Source: a virus. Taken from it: a DNA stretch of 64,000 nt. The notes beneath the pieces are model-generated. The model ran no database searches. It worked only from the letters and a program-made list of their open reading frames with translations, and was not told the DNA's origin. This document shows, one piece after another, positions 23,194 through 32,134 of this stretch (position 1 is the first letter of the stretch; each line of letters starts with the position of its first letter). Location of the stretch: the IMG/VR virus record IMGVR_UViG_3300050343_000214, positions 1 to 64,000 of that record; one strand, 5' to 3'. The translations under genes were made by a program, and so were the position numbers.

Positions 23194-26100
23194 TGCCTAC
23201 GCCAAAAAGCAATTTGATCAAAATAGTTAAGCTATCCGAGAATGCTTCTATACTTGAGCAGAAAAGCACTATTGCTACAGATAGGGGACATCAGTATAAC
23301 ATGCATGTTTCTAATGATGGCGCTAGACTTTTAACCCAAGATGCTCCCCAATCTCTTCAAGACCAAGGCGCTAGTGATTGGAGCGGTGGAGGATTTAACG
23401 ATTGGTATAATAAATTAAATTCAACGTCTTGGGATCAACCAAAATCTGATTTGCGAGAGTTTTATAATACTACTCAGAACGTTTATGGATATGCTGCTAT
23501 AGATAATACCAAACAAGTTTTCGCTGAACAAGTAGTTAATTCACATTCTAATTCTACAATTGATATAAGCAACAGCGCCATTACTTGTCTTGACAAATCA
23601 GACCCTGTTGTTTCTACTCCGGTTATTAGACTAGGGCCACTAAGCACTTCGGACCAATTAAGCGATGTACATGGTTTTATGCATCGTGAACCACTTAAGT
23701 CAGGCAGCGATTATGAGTCGGCATTTGAGCATGTGTACAACTATTCCTCTGTTACTGACGCGCAGTTAGATAGATGGCGCTTACACGTACCTGCTGTGGG
23801 TGGCGGCGCCGTAAGAAGTCAATTTGACCGCTCTTCAGGTTTGGTTATAGAAGAAGGATCATCTACAATCGGCTTAGAAGAACATGAAACAGCATTTGAC
23901 TTTTCAGAAGAACGGCTAGGTTCAAGATCAACTCAATCATTACCAAGCGATCTCATGGTTCTTCACAATTATCATTTAAAATCTGATAGAGATTCTGTTA
24001 GCACCCCCACCGCCACCGATACGGCTGGACGCATCCATTTGCCAGATTTTGAAGAAAATACCAACAAGACAGGGTATGACGATGGCGCTGCGATGCTTGG
24101 AGAATTCTCAATAGCACGAAGTCGATACTGCGATCCTGCATCCAACGGCGGGAATACATTTTTAGATTTTTCTGTTAGCCTTCGACTACAGAGTGTTACT
24201 CAGTCCGCAGGAGTACCTGCCATGAGAGACATATACTGTTATAGCACTCCGTTTTCAACCTTTGGATATGGGTTCTATGAATTTCCAAACTCGCCCACGA
24301 ACAATTATGTCACCACCCATGATATGAAATTTTCTAAAATACAACCTGCGTACATGAGATTTGGAGGGATATCCCTAAGATCTTCTACTGGTGATATTAA
24401 TAAAATGGATCAAGTAGTTTTAAAATCTAATGAATGTATATCATTAGCTGGTTCTAGTGTTGGCACTAATGGCCTTTCTTATAATAATTCTGATGTTGCA
24501 GATATAGTTATATCAATTCCAGAAATGTCAACAGAAAAATGGTATTTCCTTCACGTATTTTCTGATGTAGAAAAACTTACCGTTGCTATAGACGGAGAAG
24601 TTGTTGCCACTAGAGAGCATGAAACTTCCTTAACTTCACAACATATCTATACTGTTGGCGATTCTGCAAGTGCGGCAAAGTACTCTAAAGATCCCAACGC
24701 ATACCGACCATACATAAACTACAGTAATACGCGGGCTAATGTTATGGGACTAACACCTAGTCATGGCTGTCCTCCTGTTGCAGCTGGTAGATCCCTTTTT
24801 GCTAAATATCCCATTCAAAATGATTACAATACTTACGACGTTACTACCCATCAGTTAGTAATTTTTACCACCAGTGCAACACCTAGATTTATTTATAACG
24901 AGCGTCCCGACGAAATATTTCTTATGAAAAATTTAGCTCCACACTTGTCGGACCCTAATAAGATAAGTACGAGTTTGTTGAGTGCCATAGGGAATATTAT
25001 TCCTCACTTTAAAACACTAACACCTGCAACACTTGGTCTTTCCTTGCGGTTTTCGACTAATTCTACTGCGGCGTCTGCTATGAACATCTGGACCGGACGA
25101 GACAGCATGGTTCTCAACAAATCTGAAGCTTGGTTGCTACATGCTGATCATGATTCTATAACGGACTACCTATCTTGGGATCAACCATCATACGCCTTTG
25201 GCAGGTCCAATACATCAGAAAAGATGCTAGAACATGATCCGGGTAAAGCTGGTATAAATTCTCTCTTGTCTGTTTATTCGTCTAGCTGGAACGGATTGTT
25301 AAACTATAATGATTCACACAACGCAACCTATGGTTCTTCACGACATTATATACATTCAACGGTTGATATTAGTACAAACACCACCACCAGCCGAATGCGT
25401 CAAGATTCTAGCGAGCAAATGCTGTACGGCATATCTCCAACTCATTTAATAATAGCTCCAAATAGAAGGTATGGTCAAGCTGTTATAATGTCTAATGAAA
25501 AAAACCAAACTGTTTTCTATACTCCTTTTTGTGGACACATGCATTCTTTTAGTTTATCAAGATTAGATGGTCGAAAGATTATTAACAGTAAGGAGTTCGC
25601 TAAAGCTAAACATGCACATTTCTCTAAGATGAATGATACAAGAAAAAAGAACAACAGTTTCTTTGCTACTGATTCAGAAAATTTAAAAGATCGAGTGAAT
25701 TTATATGGAAGCACTAAGCCAACGCAGGAAGGTCTTTGGCCTACAACCGACAGCAGCTTTTCTAGCACTACCGCTATAGAAGATTATGTAAATACTGGAT
25801 CTGATCTTTCTAGTAACCAAGCATTCCATGTTGGAGAAGCGCCAATAGTGGGTGATAGAAGCAGAACCCAATTCAATAAACACAACTCCCTATCAGATGG
25901 CAATGTTAGATATTACACAGAGCAATATGTTTCGACAGACTATAATAGTGATTTGAATGATTTAATAGTTGCTCCTTTTTCAGACTACAAAACGGCTACT
26001 ACAGATAACATTGTTACTCAAGGCGTGAGACATGATGTGTTTTTTAATTACAAGAAAACCGCCCTTTCTTCTATGTACAGTGTTGGCGTTGTTGGGGCAG

Positions 26101-26231
26101 ATAATTTTGGTCAAGCAGGAGTTGGTTCCTCAGAACACGCTCTTGGGGATACTGGAATATATAATTCTGTAACGTCTGTTGGCAAAAACAATTATGGACA
26201 GCTGGGTGACGGTTCTACAAGCACAACTTAA
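23193..26231 (+). CDS. Adhesin E (1012 aa) with LamG/ConA-like segment and C-terminal RCC1 half-repeats
   Basis: SD GGAGG with TAATG coupling. KWYFLHVFSD..LTVAIDGEVV (LamG-like). Ends GADNFGQAG...GKNNYGQLGDG. Confidence 0.65.
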   Translation: MPTPKSNLIKIVKLSENASILEQKSTIATDRGHQYNMHVSNDGARLLTQDAPQSLQDQGASDWSGGGFNDWYNKLNSTSWDQPKSDLREFYNTTQNVYGYAAIDNTKQVFAEQVVNSHSNSTIDISNSAITCLDKSDPVVSTPVIRLGPLSTSDQLSDVHGFMHREPLKSGSDYESAFEHVYNYSSVTDAQLDRWRLHVPAVGGGAVRSQFDRSSGLVIEEGSSTIGLEEHETAFDFSEERLGSRSTQSLPSDLMVLHNYHLKSDRDSVSTPTATDTAGRIHLPDFEENTNKTGYDDGAAMLGEFSIARSRYCDPASNGGNTFLDFSVSLRLQSVTQSAGVPAMRDIYCYSTPFSTFGYGFYEFPNSPTNNYVTTHDMKFSKIQPAYMRFGGISLRSSTGDINKMDQVVLKSNECISLAGSSVGTNGLSYNNSDVADIVISIPEMSTEKWYFLHVFSDVEKLTVAIDGEVVATREHETSLTSQHIYTVGDSASAAKYSKDPNAYRPYINYSNTRANVMGLTPSHGCPPVAAGRSLFAKYPIQNDYNTYDVTTHQLVIFTTSATPRFIYNERPDEIFLMKNLAPHLSDPNKISTSLLSAIGNIIPHFKTLTPATLGLSLRFSTNSTAASAMNIWTGRDSMVLNKSEAWLLHADHDSITDYLSWDQPSYAFGRSNTSEKMLEHDPGKAGINSLLSVYSSSWNGLLNYNDSHNATYGSSRHYIHSTVDISTNTTTSRMRQDSSEQMLYGISPTHLIIAPNRRYGQAVIMSNEKNQTVFYTPFCGHMHSFSLSRLDGRKIINSKEFAKAKHAHFSKMNDTRKKNNSFFATDSENLKDRVNLYGSTKPTQEGLWPTTDSSFSSTTAIEDYVNTGSDLSSNQAFHVGEAPIVGDRSRTQFNKHNSLSDGNVRYYTEQYVSTDYNSDLNDLIVAPFSDYKTATTDNIVTQGVRHDVFFNYKKTALSSMYSVGVVGADNFGQAGVGSSEHALGDTGIYNSVTSVGKNNYGQLGDGSTSTT

Positions 26232-26257
26232 TATAAGAATTTAACAAGGAGTTAGAA

Positions 26258-27736
26258 ATGTCTTTAAAAAATGCACTACTTCCAGATAGCGTTGTCGATG
26301 CAGCGTGTGGTAATGATCACTCTTTAGCTGTAACATCTGGTGGCGAATTATATTCTTGGGGTAACAATGGCTTTGGTCAACTAGGTCATGGAGATCGGAC
26401 TCATAGATCAAGCCCTACTAGGGTTGGTTCAAGAACAGATTGGGTCAGAGTTTTTGCTGGTACAAATCATTCTGTAGCTCAAACCTCTGATGGAAAGTTT
26501 TATGGGTTTGGATTAAATGTATCGAAACAACTTGGGGAAGGTCTCAGTACGACAGCTCAATATGTACAGACCCCAGAACTTTTGCTTTCAGAGCCTACCA
26601 ATTTGTCGAGTACAGAAGCTAGTGATTTGCAGACAATGAGGGGAAATATTAACAGTCTCAGCACTAATGTTTTTTGTGGTCCTAATTGCACTATTTTTAT
26701 TACTTCCAGCACTGTATTTTGCAACGCTCTGTACCTCAGTGCTTCGTATAAAAACAACAACGTCTTCTTGTTGGGAGCTAATCCATCTTTTCTTAATAAA
26801 GTTGTTCAATACAGCTTACCACGCGGCATTGGCGCAATACCAGATGGAACTACTGATTATTCTATAAGTGATAACGGAATTTTATTAAATAGATACAATA
26901 TGTTAGCAATGAACGGTATGGTTAGGTTATGGTCAGATCAATCTTGGAGTGGATACAATAATTATTATAAGAGCAGCTCCCTTGCAAACCTTGGTTATAA
27001 TGCTAAGTTGAGTGAGAGATGGTCTTATACATTTGCCTTTGCTAATCATTTTGTTACAAGAGATTTAAGTTACGGTGGAGAAGCGTTTTACGCCAACATG
27101 GCTGACTTCATGGTTGGGACAAACGCGAATTCGGCTAGCAGTCTTACCATAAGTAGAAATTTATTCACTCATGAAAAATCTTCAGATTATACATACGCCG
27201 CTCAAGATGCTTCCGTAAGTTTAGATGATCATACTGTTTTTGCAATAAGTTCTAATAACGATTTGTTGGCTTCAGTAGCACCAAGAAGATTCATATCTTA
27301 TTCAAATTCATATTTCGACACCTACACTAATTATAATTACATCTCCCAATTGGGAGAGGCTCCATCGGGACCAGACAACACGGGGAGCTATCGCATTAGC
27401 CTTATAAACGATGGGGGCAAAAGTAATCCATATTATGTAAGCAATAATCGCCCTGAGAGTTCACCCCTTTTCAATTCTTCTGGAGGAGGCATGGATGGAA
27501 CTGGAGACCTTCAGCCTTATGGCAATGTGAAGTGTAGCACAGTTTTCAACGGTAGAGATAGAATATATGCATTGGATAATAACGGTATTCTTCTTTCTGC
27601 TGGCAAGGATGATAATTATCTTTTAGGTAGAGATGTTTCTACGTCTACTCCAGCTAATGAGCTACACCCTACAGCTATTCGTAATGTAAAAAGAGTCGTA
27701 TCGGGTCGTCACCATTCCCTTTTCCTACAGAACTAA
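26258..27736 (+). CDS. RCC1-repeat beta-propeller protein F (starts mid-blade)
   Basis: SD AAGGAG. VVDAACGNDHSLAV..GELYSWGNNGFGQLG. Ends VSGRHHSLFL. Confidence 0.75.
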   Translation: MSLKNALLPDSVVDAACGNDHSLAVTSGGELYSWGNNGFGQLGHGDRTHRSSPTRVGSRTDWVRVFAGTNHSVAQTSDGKFYGFGLNVSKQLGEGLSTTAQYVQTPELLLSEPTNLSSTEASDLQTMRGNINSLSTNVFCGPNCTIFITSSTVFCNALYLSASYKNNNVFLLGANPSFLNKVVQYSLPRGIGAIPDGTTDYSISDNGILLNRYNMLAMNGMVRLWSDQSWSGYNNYYKSSSLANLGYNAKLSERWSYTFAFANHFVTRDLSYGGEAFYANMADFMVGTNANSASSLTISRNLFTHEKSSDYTYAAQDASVSLDDHTVFAISSNNDLLASVAPRRFISYSNSYFDTYTNYNYISQLGEAPSGPDNTGSYRISLINDGGKSNPYYVSNNRPESSPLFNSSGGGMDGTGDLQPYGNVKCSTVFNGRDRIYALDNNGILLSAGKDDNYLLGRDVSTSTPANELHPTAIRNVKRVVSGRHHSLFLQN

Positions 27737-27739
27737 AAT

Positions 27740-29962
27740 ATGTTTCCAGAACGTTTTGATAAAATAATACAGTTTTTGCCTAATGGTCAATCTGTGACTT
27801 ACGTTAAGGGCGCTGGTCTTCAGGGAATTACTTACTTGAGGAACGGAGAAACGTATGTCTTTATTAGTGCTAATGATGATGACCACATTGTTTGTGATGG
27901 GGTTGTGGCTACAACGACGACTACTACTACGTCAACTACGACCACAACAACTACAACTACAACTACAACAGCCGCTCCTACCACTTCACTTTCTTTCAGA
28001 AATATTGTAGGCGATAACGGTTGCAATGGTTCGCTTAGTGAATTTCCTAAATGTATTCCTTGTTCACCCACAAGCATTAGCCATGTTGTTAAAACTAAAG
28101 AAGAAGATGGCGTTATTACATTTAAAGTCTCTGTCGGCGTAACTAATCCTAATACTAGTCAACTTCAGTATATATGGGAGTATAAATCCTATACCACAGA
28201 ATGTTCCAGTGGTGATTGGACCCGCTTTGGCACTTCAAATTCCAGCGCCAATCAATACGGAGTTACGTCTGTACCCACTGTAGACTTTAATTATGACTGT
28301 ATTATTGGTCAGTCCTTGAGGATAGAAGTAAGATGTACTGCTCTTATGGGTTGGGAAAACACTCGTACCATTTCAAATAGTTACTATTACAAATGCGATA
28401 ACGAGCTAGATACATCTGAACTTGTTAATAAGTTTGATTTATTAATTAGTACACCAGAAAACGCATCAGAATCTTTCCCCACAGGCTTTACGACAATTAG
28501 TAGAGGTTTTGTGTTAAGCGATAGTAAGGAATACGACTATGATACTGAACAATGTGAATATGATGACTATGTTGAAGGCGGTTATTTACTCTTAAACCAA
28601 CCATCTGACATGTTAGGAGATCGTAATCTTCTTCAATTACCGTTTTCTGAATCAACTAAAGAAGCTATAAAACAAATAGGTCAAGTCGAATGGCTTATAA
28701 GAAGACCCACCGATACGCCTCTTGCAAGTGATAGCGCATCTACTCTAAAAACATTACCAAACAACCAGAGATCGTTCCAAACCTTATCGTCTACTACAGC
28801 GCTCAATAATGATAACGATCCGACTACTTTAAATTTGGCATCTATTAATTTTCCTAGTTTGTATACAGGTTATTACGAAATAGTGGCTAAAGTTCGACTT
28901 GGCACTGAAACGTGCTACTCCAAAATTGTTCCAGTTTTTCTCAATAATTATCTCAGTTCACGGATAAGTATGTATGACACAAGCCGTCCTGATTTAATTT
29001 CTTTAGGTTATCACGGTCATCAAAAACATTGCGCTTACACGGGGAATTATCCTACTGTCGGCGCGCCTAGTATAACAGCAGACGTTGCTATTATTAATGG
29101 TACGGCACCCAGCGCTGGTTTGCCAAGTAGTGATACACAAAATGTTTATGTAGCATCAAGAATAGGAGACAGGAGTTATGGCGCTTTGGAGCATCTATTT
29201 CCTATAAGCTCAGTTTATGTTGACGGAAATTATGTTACGAGAAAAAATTTGAAAGTTGTGTATAACCAAAAAAATAATTCTTTGTCGTATAATAATTCGT
29301 ATTTTATACATGAGGTGTCGGATTCGGAAAATACGAATGTGCTTGCATCTGTTCAGTCGTTAGTAACTTCAGTCTGGGGATTTTATGATCCTCAAAATCC
29401 TATCTGTGCGTTTGGAAGATATTACCCTCACCCTACGATAAGACCTTGGAATTATGGTGTTTTAGCTCCACTTAAACGTGGCTCTTACTATAGTTCCAGC
29501 GGGTACGGTTCTTATCCGGCACAGATATCTGACTTAACTGGTGGTAACACCTTAAAAATAAATTTAAGAACAGCGTTCACTTACAATGACGACGATAAAC
29601 CAGAAGCTCACGATTTAGTTGTTGTTCCACACATGCAGTATAGTAATGATGGGGGTGGTACTTGGAGAAATGCCGGGGGTCTGCAATCGGTTGTCAAGAA
29701 AAACAATAAATTTTGGCAGGCAACTTTTCGTAATCCTTATTCTTATGGTGCTAGTTATTGGGATATTTTTGGATGGCGTAGTGGCACTCTGATCCGTTAC
29801 ACCCCCGTAGGTTATGCAGGAGTTCTCGGAGGATCTTATGATAAAGATATATACAACGCTGGTGGCTATCCGGGTCTTGCGATTAGGCAGTTAACAGATC
29901 CATCTATTCCTATTAATTCTAGGGTTCATTCTGTATTTTCACAGCCATTTTCTTTACCATAG
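27740..29962 (+). CDS. Adhesin G: truncated N-module, poly-Thr linker, Cys-containing Ig-like domains
   Basis: N-terminus FDKIIQFLPNGQS..GAGLQG..L..GETY is homologous to the N-module. LQYIWEY...IEVRC Ig-like pattern. No clear SD; starts 3 nt after the in-frame TAA of 26258. Confidence 0.65.
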   Translation: MFPERFDKIIQFLPNGQSVTYVKGAGLQGITYLRNGETYVFISANDDDHIVCDGVVATTTTTTTSTTTTTTTTTTTTAAPTTSLSFRNIVGDNGCNGSLSEFPKCIPCSPTSISHVVKTKEEDGVITFKVSVGVTNPNTSQLQYIWEYKSYTTECSSGDWTRFGTSNSSANQYGVTSVPTVDFNYDCIIGQSLRIEVRCTALMGWENTRTISNSYYYKCDNELDTSELVNKFDLLISTPENASESFPTGFTTISRGFVLSDSKEYDYDTEQCEYDDYVEGGYLLLNQPSDMLGDRNLLQLPFSESTKEAIKQIGQVEWLIRRPTDTPLASDSASTLKTLPNNQRSFQTLSSTTALNNDNDPTTLNLASINFPSLYTGYYEIVAKVRLGTETCYSKIVPVFLNNYLSSRISMYDTSRPDLISLGYHGHQKHCAYTGNYPTVGAPSITADVAIINGTAPSAGLPSSDTQNVYVASRIGDRSYGALEHLFPISSVYVDGNYVTRKNLKVVYNQKNNSLSYNNSYFIHEVSDSENTNVLASVQSLVTSVWGFYDPQNPICAFGRYYPHPTIRPWNYGVLAPLKRGSYYSSSGYGSYPAQISDLTGGNTLKINLRTAFTYNDDDKPEAHDLVVVPHMQYSNDGGGTWRNAGGLQSVVKKNNKFWQATFRNPYSYGASYWDIFGWRSGTLIRYTPVGYAGVLGGSYDKDIYNAGGYPGLAIRQLTDPSIPINSRVHSVFSQPFSLP

Positions 29963-29970
29963 GTAATCAC

Positions 29971-30456
29971 ATGCCAATTAATGTACCAGAATCTGTTTTC
30001 GATAAATACTTTGATGTTATAGACTCCACGTTTAATATATTTGGAGTTACGTGTCAACTTGTGTCTATAGAAAAAAGAGAAATCGTTACCCCTCACAATC
30101 CAAACAATAATATTCCTGATAGAAATACAATCAATAATCGCAAAAGAGGTGGTGGTGAGTATGACATTGGCAATAAAACTATCAGGGAAGTTGAAACACT
30201 AACCGATATAAAATTAAAAGTGTATTGGGATGCTCGAAAATTTATAGGAATTACTGATCTACTTAAAATCCCAGATGGTTCTATCCAGACGATTGGATTT
30301 ATGTCAGATGTAGAAGCTGTCATGAAAGCAAAACAACTCATAGTACATAAAGATATTAAAGATAAGAAAGAGCTAAGGTTTGAAAGAGTCGGTGAATACA
30401 TACCCATCGGCCTAAAGCAAGATAGATATTTCGCATGTTTCTGGAAAAGAGTATGA
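29971..30456 (+). CDS. Head closure / head-tail joining protein
   Basis: 161 aa beta-rich protein (FGVTCQLV, IKLKVYWD, P.GLKQDRYF.CFW) in head-completion synteny. Confidence 0.55.
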   Translation: MPINVPESVFDKYFDVIDSTFNIFGVTCQLVSIEKREIVTPHNPNNNIPDRNTINNRKRGGGEYDIGNKTIREVETLTDIKLKVYWDARKFIGITDLLKIPDGSIQTIGFMSDVEAVMKAKQLIVHKDIKDKKELRFERVGEYIPIGLKQDRYFACFWKRV

Positions 30457-31085
30457 TTACTTTAAAATTATTAGACTCAAATTCTGAGATCGCTAGTAAA
30501 ATCAATGGAGCTATAGCTCCAGAGATAAATGCTAGAATTTCTAAAAACATAGATAATATTAAATACGAAATGCAAAGCTTGATAGATGGATGGATACTAT
30601 CACAGCCAGAAATTAAATCTATACAAAGCGCAAACCCTATATCGTTAGCTGGTCAATTTGGCATTCGCCCTAATTCTGTTCCGTCTGTAGTGTCTGGAAT
30701 TGTGGGCGCGGTTAAGTCAGCTGTGTTTATACAGTTCAAGCCGTTTGATAGTAAGCTTTCCGGCGGGTTTAGTATTAATTTCCAACCTATTGATTTTTCA
30801 AATTTACTATCGCTACCGGAAGGCCATGTGTTCTACGAAAAAGGAGACTTACACTGGATGAACTGGCTGCTGACTATGGGTTCTACTATCATTGTTGCTA
30901 ATTATAGTTATTCACCGTCGATGGGTTCTGGTAGATCTGGCTTAGGTGTAATGTCTATAGGTCGTTCTTTTCGTGTTCCTCCCGCATTCAGTGGTACTAT
31001 AGATAATAATTTTGTTACTAGAGCGCTGAATGGACAATCTCAACAAGATCAAATTACTAAGGTCATAGAGAAAGCATTAAGTTAA
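30453..31085 (+). CDS. Neck / tail completion protein
   Basis: Likely start is ATG 30453 (ATGA overlap). LHW..WLL..G, GRSG...M, FRVPP.FSGT..NNFVTRAL. Synteny. Confidence 0.55.
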   Translation: MITLKLLDSNSEIASKINGAIAPEINARISKNIDNIKYEMQSLIDGWILSQPEIKSIQSANPISLAGQFGIRPNSVPSVVSGIVGAVKSAVFIQFKPFDSKLSGGFSINFQPIDFSNLLSLPEGHVFYEKGDLHWMNWLLTMGSTIIVANYSYSPSMGSGRSGLGVMSIGRSFRVPPAFSGTIDNNFVTRALNGQSQQDQITKVIEKALS

Positions 31086-32023
31086 TGGCTTACTTAAATA
31101 ATATAAATAACGTATTTGATAGTACTCATTATAATGAGATACAGGATAATCTAGTAGAATGGCTAGATTGGGGATTGCTAGAAAAGGGCAACTATTTTAA
31201 TTCTACTCTGGGCGAGCTGTCACCTCAGAACACAGACTATAGTTTATTGCAAATATCTAACAATTCTAACTTTTCCGCTGGTCAAGCATGGGATGGCTTT
31301 AGGCCAAACTGGGTCTGGCAGAGCGGTGTCCCATACAGTCCTGACCCTATCATAGAGTCTGGAAACACATCTAAGCCCGGAGTATCTGGTGTTTACGTAG
31401 ATGATACATTCTATCCTACGGACACAGCTGGATCTTACGCTCATCATATAGACTATCATAATGGCAGGGTCGTTTTTGACTCTCCCATACCCACTGGCTC
31501 AAAAGTCCAAGTGGAACATAGTTATAAGTATATTAATATAATATATGCTAATTCTCTCCCTTGGATTAGGGAGGTCAGCTATGACAGTTTGATTAATGGA
31601 AGAGACCCCGTAATGCCCCCTGAAATGACCATAAAACTGCCCTGTATAGCCATTGAGCTTTCTAGGCGAAGTATGGAGCCATTTTCTCTAGGTGGAGGAC
31701 AGAGGATCAATACGGATGTTTTATTCCACTGCGTGGCTGAAGATTCTTACACTAGAAATCAGATGTTGGATATGATTTCCTACCAGAATGATAAGCCTAT
31801 ACAGCTTTTCAACACTAATGATGTTATAGATAATGACGCATTACCTATAGATTATTACGGAACTCCAACGGCTAATGCTCTTAGATATCCTGATTTGATA
31901 ACCACATATCCTCTGTGTACCATGTTTCTCAGAAACATGACTGTACAGAGTGTTAATACCATCAATTCCAACATTCATATGGGCATTGTGAGGGCTACTA
32001 CGGAGATCTACGACTTACCTTAA
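31085..32023 (+). CDS. Tail terminator-like protein
   Basis: TAATG overlap. LP.IAIE...P..LGGGQ...DVLFHC.AE....RN pattern. Immediately precedes the tail tube gene. Confidence 0.55.
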   Translation: MAYLNNINNVFDSTHYNEIQDNLVEWLDWGLLEKGNYFNSTLGELSPQNTDYSLLQISNNSNFSAGQAWDGFRPNWVWQSGVPYSPDPIIESGNTSKPGVSGVYVDDTFYPTDTAGSYAHHIDYHNGRVVFDSPIPTGSKVQVEHSYKYINIIYANSLPWIREVSYDSLINGRDPVMPPEMTIKLPCIAIELSRRSMEPFSLGGGQRINTDVLFHCVAEDSYTRNQMLDMISYQNDKPIQLFNTNDVIDNDALPIDYYGTPTANALRYPDLITTYPLCTMFLRNMTVQSVNTINSNIHMGIVRATTEIYDLP

Positions 32024-32046
32024 AACTACTCAAAATCGTTAAAAAT

Positions 32047-32062
32047 GTGTAATTAATTCTAG
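32047..32062 (+). promoter_or_regulatory. Putative late promoter GTGTAATTAATTCTAG
   Basis: Motif variant in the 110-bp intergenic region before the tail tube gene. Confidence 0.55.
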
Positions 32063-32134
32063 AGACTAACATGTTCTGGAGTGTTACACGCTCAATCCAC
32101 TACCAGATAATAATATTCATAGGGAGAAACCAAT

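Noticed and set aside
27731-27742. Readthrough fusion of 26258 and 27740 via the in-frame TAA
   Set aside because: Possible but unsupported. TAA is rarely read through, and the RCC1 protein ends naturally at its closing strand.
17990-27745. Self-splicing intron, intein or transposon as the inserted block
   Set aside because: No maturase, homing endonuclease, recombinase or intein terminal motifs are seen. The block encodes only adhesin domains with normal RBSs.
29258-29273. GTGTATA as a further promoter copy
   Set aside because: It lacks the W4 core end and the position-14 T/purine. Several such 7-mers are expected by chance in AT-rich DNA.
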